Assembly (NCBI GenBank): GCA_945906105.1
Contig: CAMDQO010000004.1
Span: 34,191-66,190, forward strand
DNA length: 32,000 bases
Reading direction: 5' to 3'
DNA from: Novosphingobium sp. Chol11
GTDB lineage: Bacteria > Pseudomonadota > Alphaproteobacteria > Sphingomonadales > Sphingomonadaceae
Each line of letters starts with the position of its first letter. Within the stretch, counting starts at the first letter, position 1. The notes below the pieces were generated by a model. It saw nothing but the letters and a program-made list of their open reading frames with translations, was not told the DNA's origin and searched no databases. Below, piece after piece: positions 27,377 through 32,000 of the stretch. The translations under genes were made by a program, and so were the position numbers.

Positions 27377-28567
27377 TTACTTAGAGATCGTGCTGACAAC
27401 CCCAGAACCGACAGTCCGTCCACCTTCGCGAAGTGCGAAGCGCAGACCCGGATCCATCGCGATCGGAGCGATCAGCTTGACGCCGATCGAAACGTTATCA
27501 CCAGGCATAACCATCTCGGTGCCCTCAGGAAGGATCACTTCGCCGGTCACGTCGGTGGTGCGGAAGTAGAACTGTGGGCGGTAGTTGGCGAAAAATGGCG
27601 TGTGACGGCCACCCTCGTCCTTCGACAGCACATAGACCTCTGCATTGAACTCGGTGTGCGGCGTAACCGAACCGGGCTTGCAGAGAACCTGACCACGCTC
27701 AACGTCTTCACGGGCGACACCGCGAACCAGTGCGCCAATGTTGTCACCAGCCTGGCCCTGATCGAGCAGCTTGCGGAACATTTCTACGCCGGTGACGACA
27801 GTCTTGCGGGTGTCCTTGAGACCAACGATCTCAACTTCTTCACCAACCTTGACGACGCCGGATTCGACACGGCCGGTCACGACTGTACCGCGACCAGAGA
27901 TCGAGAACACGTCTTCGACTGGCATCAGGAAGGGCTTGTCGAGCGCGCGCGGAGGCTGGGGAATGTATTCATCAACGGCCTTCATCAGCGCGTAGATCGA
28001 TTCCTTGCCGATCGCGTCATCACGGCCTTCAAGAGCAGCCAGAGCCGAACCCTTGATGATCGGAATATCATCGCCCGGGTAGCCGTAGTAGCTCAGCAGT
28101 TCGCGCATTTCCATTTCGACGAGTTCAAGAATTTCGTCGTCATCGACCTGATCGACCTTGTTCATGTAAACGACCAGTGCCGGAACGCCAACCTGACGGG
28201 CAAGCAGGATGTGCTCGCGGGTCTGGGGCATCGGGCCGTCAGCAGCATTCACCACCAGAATGGCGCCATCCATCTGCGCTGCGCCCGTGATCATGTTCTT
28301 CACATAATCAGCGTGGCCCGGGCAATCGACGTGCGCGTAGTGGCGGTTGGCAGTTTCATACTCAACGTGTGCCGTCGAGATGGTGATGCCGCGCTCGCGC
28401 TCTTCAGGAGCCTTATCGATGTTCGCGTAATCGGTGAACGTCGCGCCACCGGTTTCAGCGAGCACCTTTGTGATCGCTGCGGTCAGCGTGGTCTTGCCAT
28501 GGTCAACATGACCGATGGTGCCGATGTTGCAATGCGGCTTCGTCCGCTCGAATTTTGCCTTCGCCAT
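27377..28567 (-). CDS. tuf: Elongation factor Tu
   Basis: 396 aa. [33 protein letters not shown]...[21 protein letters not shown]. Confidence 0.99.
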   Translation of the reverse strand: MAKAKFERTKPHCNIGTIGHVDHGKTTLTAAITKVLAETGGATFTDYANIDKAPEERERGITISTAHVEYETANRHYAHVDCPGHADYVKNMITGAAQMDGAILVVNAADGPMPQTREHILLARQVGVPALVVYMNKVDQVDDDEILELVEMEMRELLSYYGYPGDDIPIIKGSALAALEGRDDAIGKESIYALMKAVDEYIPQPPRALDKPFLMPVEDVFSISGRGTVVTGRVESGVVKVGEEVEIVGLKDTRKTVVTGVEMFRKLLDQGQAGDNIGALVRGVAREDVERGQVLCKPGSVTPHTEFNAEVYVLSKDEGGRHTPFFANYRPQFYFRTTDVTGEVILPEGTEMVMPGDNVSIGVKLIAPIAMDPGLRFALREGGRTVGSGVVSTISK

Positions 28568-28658
28568 TTTTCAAACCTTCTTTTCGTCTGATATCGAATC
28601 TACAGGAACGCGGGGACGCCCGCTGAATCAGGCGCCGCCCCTAGTATCATCTTGCCGG

Positions 28659-30731
<2,073 letters not shown>

Positions 30732-30810
30732 GGTGTTTTCCTTAGTGCGAAAGGGGGAGCCGGTTCAGACCCCCGCCCATTCTGTTATTTCTGTGACAGC
30801 TAAGTGACTG

Positions 30811-31281
30811 CTACCAACGGTAATGGCTGAACGCACGGTTGGCATCGGCCATACGGTGCGTATCTTCGCGCTTCTTCACCGCATTGCCACGGTTATTGGC
30901 CGCATCGAGCAGCTCTGCCGAAAGCCGCGCCGACATCGTCGTTTCCGAACGATTGCGCGCTGCCGTGATCAGCCAGCGAATGGCCAGAGCCTGCGCACGT
31001 TCAGGGCGAACTTCAACCGGCACCTGATATGTCGCACCACCAACGCGGCGGCTGCGCACTTCGATCTGCGGCTTCACATTGTTGAGCGCATCGTGGAACA
31101 GCTGGATCGGATCGCTCTTGGCGCGCGTTTCCATGGTTTCCATTGCACCATAAACAATCGATTCTGCGATGGACTTCTTGCCGTCCATCATCAGGTTGTT
31201 CATGAACTTGGACAGGATCTGATCCTTGAACTTGGGATCAGGCAGGATTTCCCGCTTCTGGGGACGACGACGACGTGACAT
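30811..31281 (-). CDS. rpsG: 30S ribosomal protein S7
   Basis: [18 protein letters not shown]... ATG at 31281 has an AAGGAG SD. The ORF-track start at 31359 would run through the intergenic hairpins. Confidence 0.97.
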   Translation of the reverse strand: MSRRRRPQKREILPDPKFKDQILSKFMNNLMMDGKKSIAESIVYGAMETMETRAKSDPIQLFHDALNNVKPQIEVRSRRVGGATYQVPVEVRPERAQALAIRWLITAARNRSETTMSARLSAELLDAANNRGNAVKKREDTHRMADANRAFSHYRW

Positions 31282-31335
31282 ATTTTCGAACTCCTTCGGA
31301 GTGCGCCAGTCACCTCCGTGACTGGCTTGCGGCAC

Positions 31336-31406
31336 CGGCCTTCTCCCCCACCCGGTCACCCATCAGGATACCCTTGGAAGGGCTGTCCGGGTGGGGGAGA
31401 AGGCCG
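31336..31406. repeat. Perfect 20-bp inverted repeat with a 31-nt loop in the rpsL-rpsG spacer
   Basis: cggccttctcccccacccgg (31336-31355) is the exact reverse complement of ccgggtgggggagaaggccg (31387-31406). Confidence 0.9.
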
Positions 31407-31420
31407 CCGCCGCGTGAAAC

Positions 31421-31792
31421 TTACTTCGGACGCTTGGCGCCGTACTTCGAGCGGCTCTTCTTGCGGTCCTTGACGCCCTGGGTATCCAGCACACCGCGCA
31501 GCACGTGATAACGCACACCGGGAAGATCGCGCACACGACCGCCGCGGATCAGCACGACGCTGTGCTCCTGCAAGTTGTGGCCTTCGCCCGGAATGTACGA
31601 AATGACTTCGCGCTGATTGGTCAGGCGGATCTTGGCGACCTTGCGCAAAGCCGAGTTCGGCTTCTTCGGGGTCGTGGTATAAACGCGGGTGCAAACGCCG
31701 CGCTTCTGCGGGTTCTGCTCCATCGCAGGGACCTTTGACTTGGCCTTCTGCGGAACGCGACCCTTGCGGATCAGCTGATTGATTGTTGGCAT
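31421..31792 (-). CDS. rpsL: 30S ribosomal protein S12
   Basis: [12 protein letters not shown]...[18 protein letters not shown]... Confidence 0.99.
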   Translation of the reverse strand: MPTINQLIRKGRVPQKAKSKVPAMEQNPQKRGVCTRVYTTTPKKPNSALRKVAKIRLTNQREVISYIPGEGHNLQEHSVVLIRGGRVRDLPGVRYHVLRGVLDTQGVKDRKKSRSKYGAKRPK

Positions 31793-32000
31793 GAAGTACT
31801 CTTCACCTGTGTTTGGGCCATGCCATCAGGGTGAAGAGATTTGCGAAACCCGCGAAAGCGCCAATGCCGAGGACTTGCCCCGCATCACGCACATCACGAG
31901 CCGAAAACGCTCCACCCAGACGCAATGCCGGGTTACTTTGACGGATTGACCGGGAAGCCCCAGACGCACCGGCAATGTTCAGCTCAACCGGAATGGGCGA

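Noticed and set aside
27602-28591. 329-aa plus-strand ORF opposite tuf, plus similar ORFs at 2514-3599 (opposite argS), 13421-14608 and 25663-26610
   Set aside because: All are mirror frames of strongly supported minus-strand genes. None shows recognisable domains.
31282-31359. N-terminal extensions in the ORF track: rpsG to 31359, rplC to 26733, adk to 15904, nagZ to 1785, SPOR protein to 2692
   Set aside because: Internal ATG or GTG codons with good SD sequences match the conserved N-termini. The extensions run through hairpins or overlap upstream genes.
31336-31406. The 20-bp inverted repeat considered as terminal repeats of a MITE or IS element
   Set aside because: No flanking target-site duplication is visible, there is no transposase, and there is no second copy in this 32-kb window. 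I kept it as a structural finding but not as a mobile-element call.
31793-32000. Minus-strand frame open from the right window edge to a TGA at about 31806, just upstream of rpsL; considered as a possible 3' end of an upstream gene such as rpoC
   Set aside because: The translation (…GAFSARDVRDAGQVLGIGAFAGF…) resembles no RpoC C-terminus. Third-position GC is clearly lower than in the flanking genes. I treat it as the rpsL promoter and leader region, and it cannot be settled without sequence beyond 32000.

Overview
Core chromosomal segment of a high-GC alphaproteobacterium. Gene order and protein sequences look Sphingomonadales-like, but that is inference only. From about 11.5 to 31.8 kb the window holds one contiguous ribosomal-protein supercluster, entirely on the minus strand: rpsL-rpsG-fusA-tuf (str), rpsJ-rplC-rplD-rplW-rplB-rpsS-rplV-rpsC-rplP-rpmC-rpsQ (S10), rplN-rplX-rplE-rpsN-rpsH-rplF-rplR-rpsE-rpmD-rplO-secY-adk (spc), one inserted non-ribosomal gene (secreted SRPBCC-fold protein), then rpsM-rpsK-rpoA-rplQ (alpha). 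The left 11.4 kb is mostly housekeeping: scpA (partial), nagZ, a SPOR-domain protein, argS, an orphan lipoprotein, ispH-thrB-rnhA, a secreted Gly/Tyr/Asn/Arg/Asp-rich protein, a membrane fatty-acid-hydroxylase-family enzyme and a periplasmic prolyl oligopeptidase. I found no rRNA, tRNA, CRISPR array, transposase, integrase, phage gene or recognisable defence or toxin system, and I cannot support a novel multi-gene system here. The unusual signals are mostly noncoding. The strongest is a 229-nt spacer between rpsJ and rplC that folds into six hairpins. Others are a 91-nt extended hairpin upstream of rpsM, a 20-bp perfect inverted repeat between rpsL and rpsG, and terminator-like hairpins at operon seams. 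A few odd proteins also stand out: the SRPBCC insert with in-frame 15-bp tandem repeats, an RGG-rich S5 N-terminal extension and the Gly-rich secreted protein. All long plus-strand ORFs across the ribosomal cluster are antisense artefacts of high GC content.
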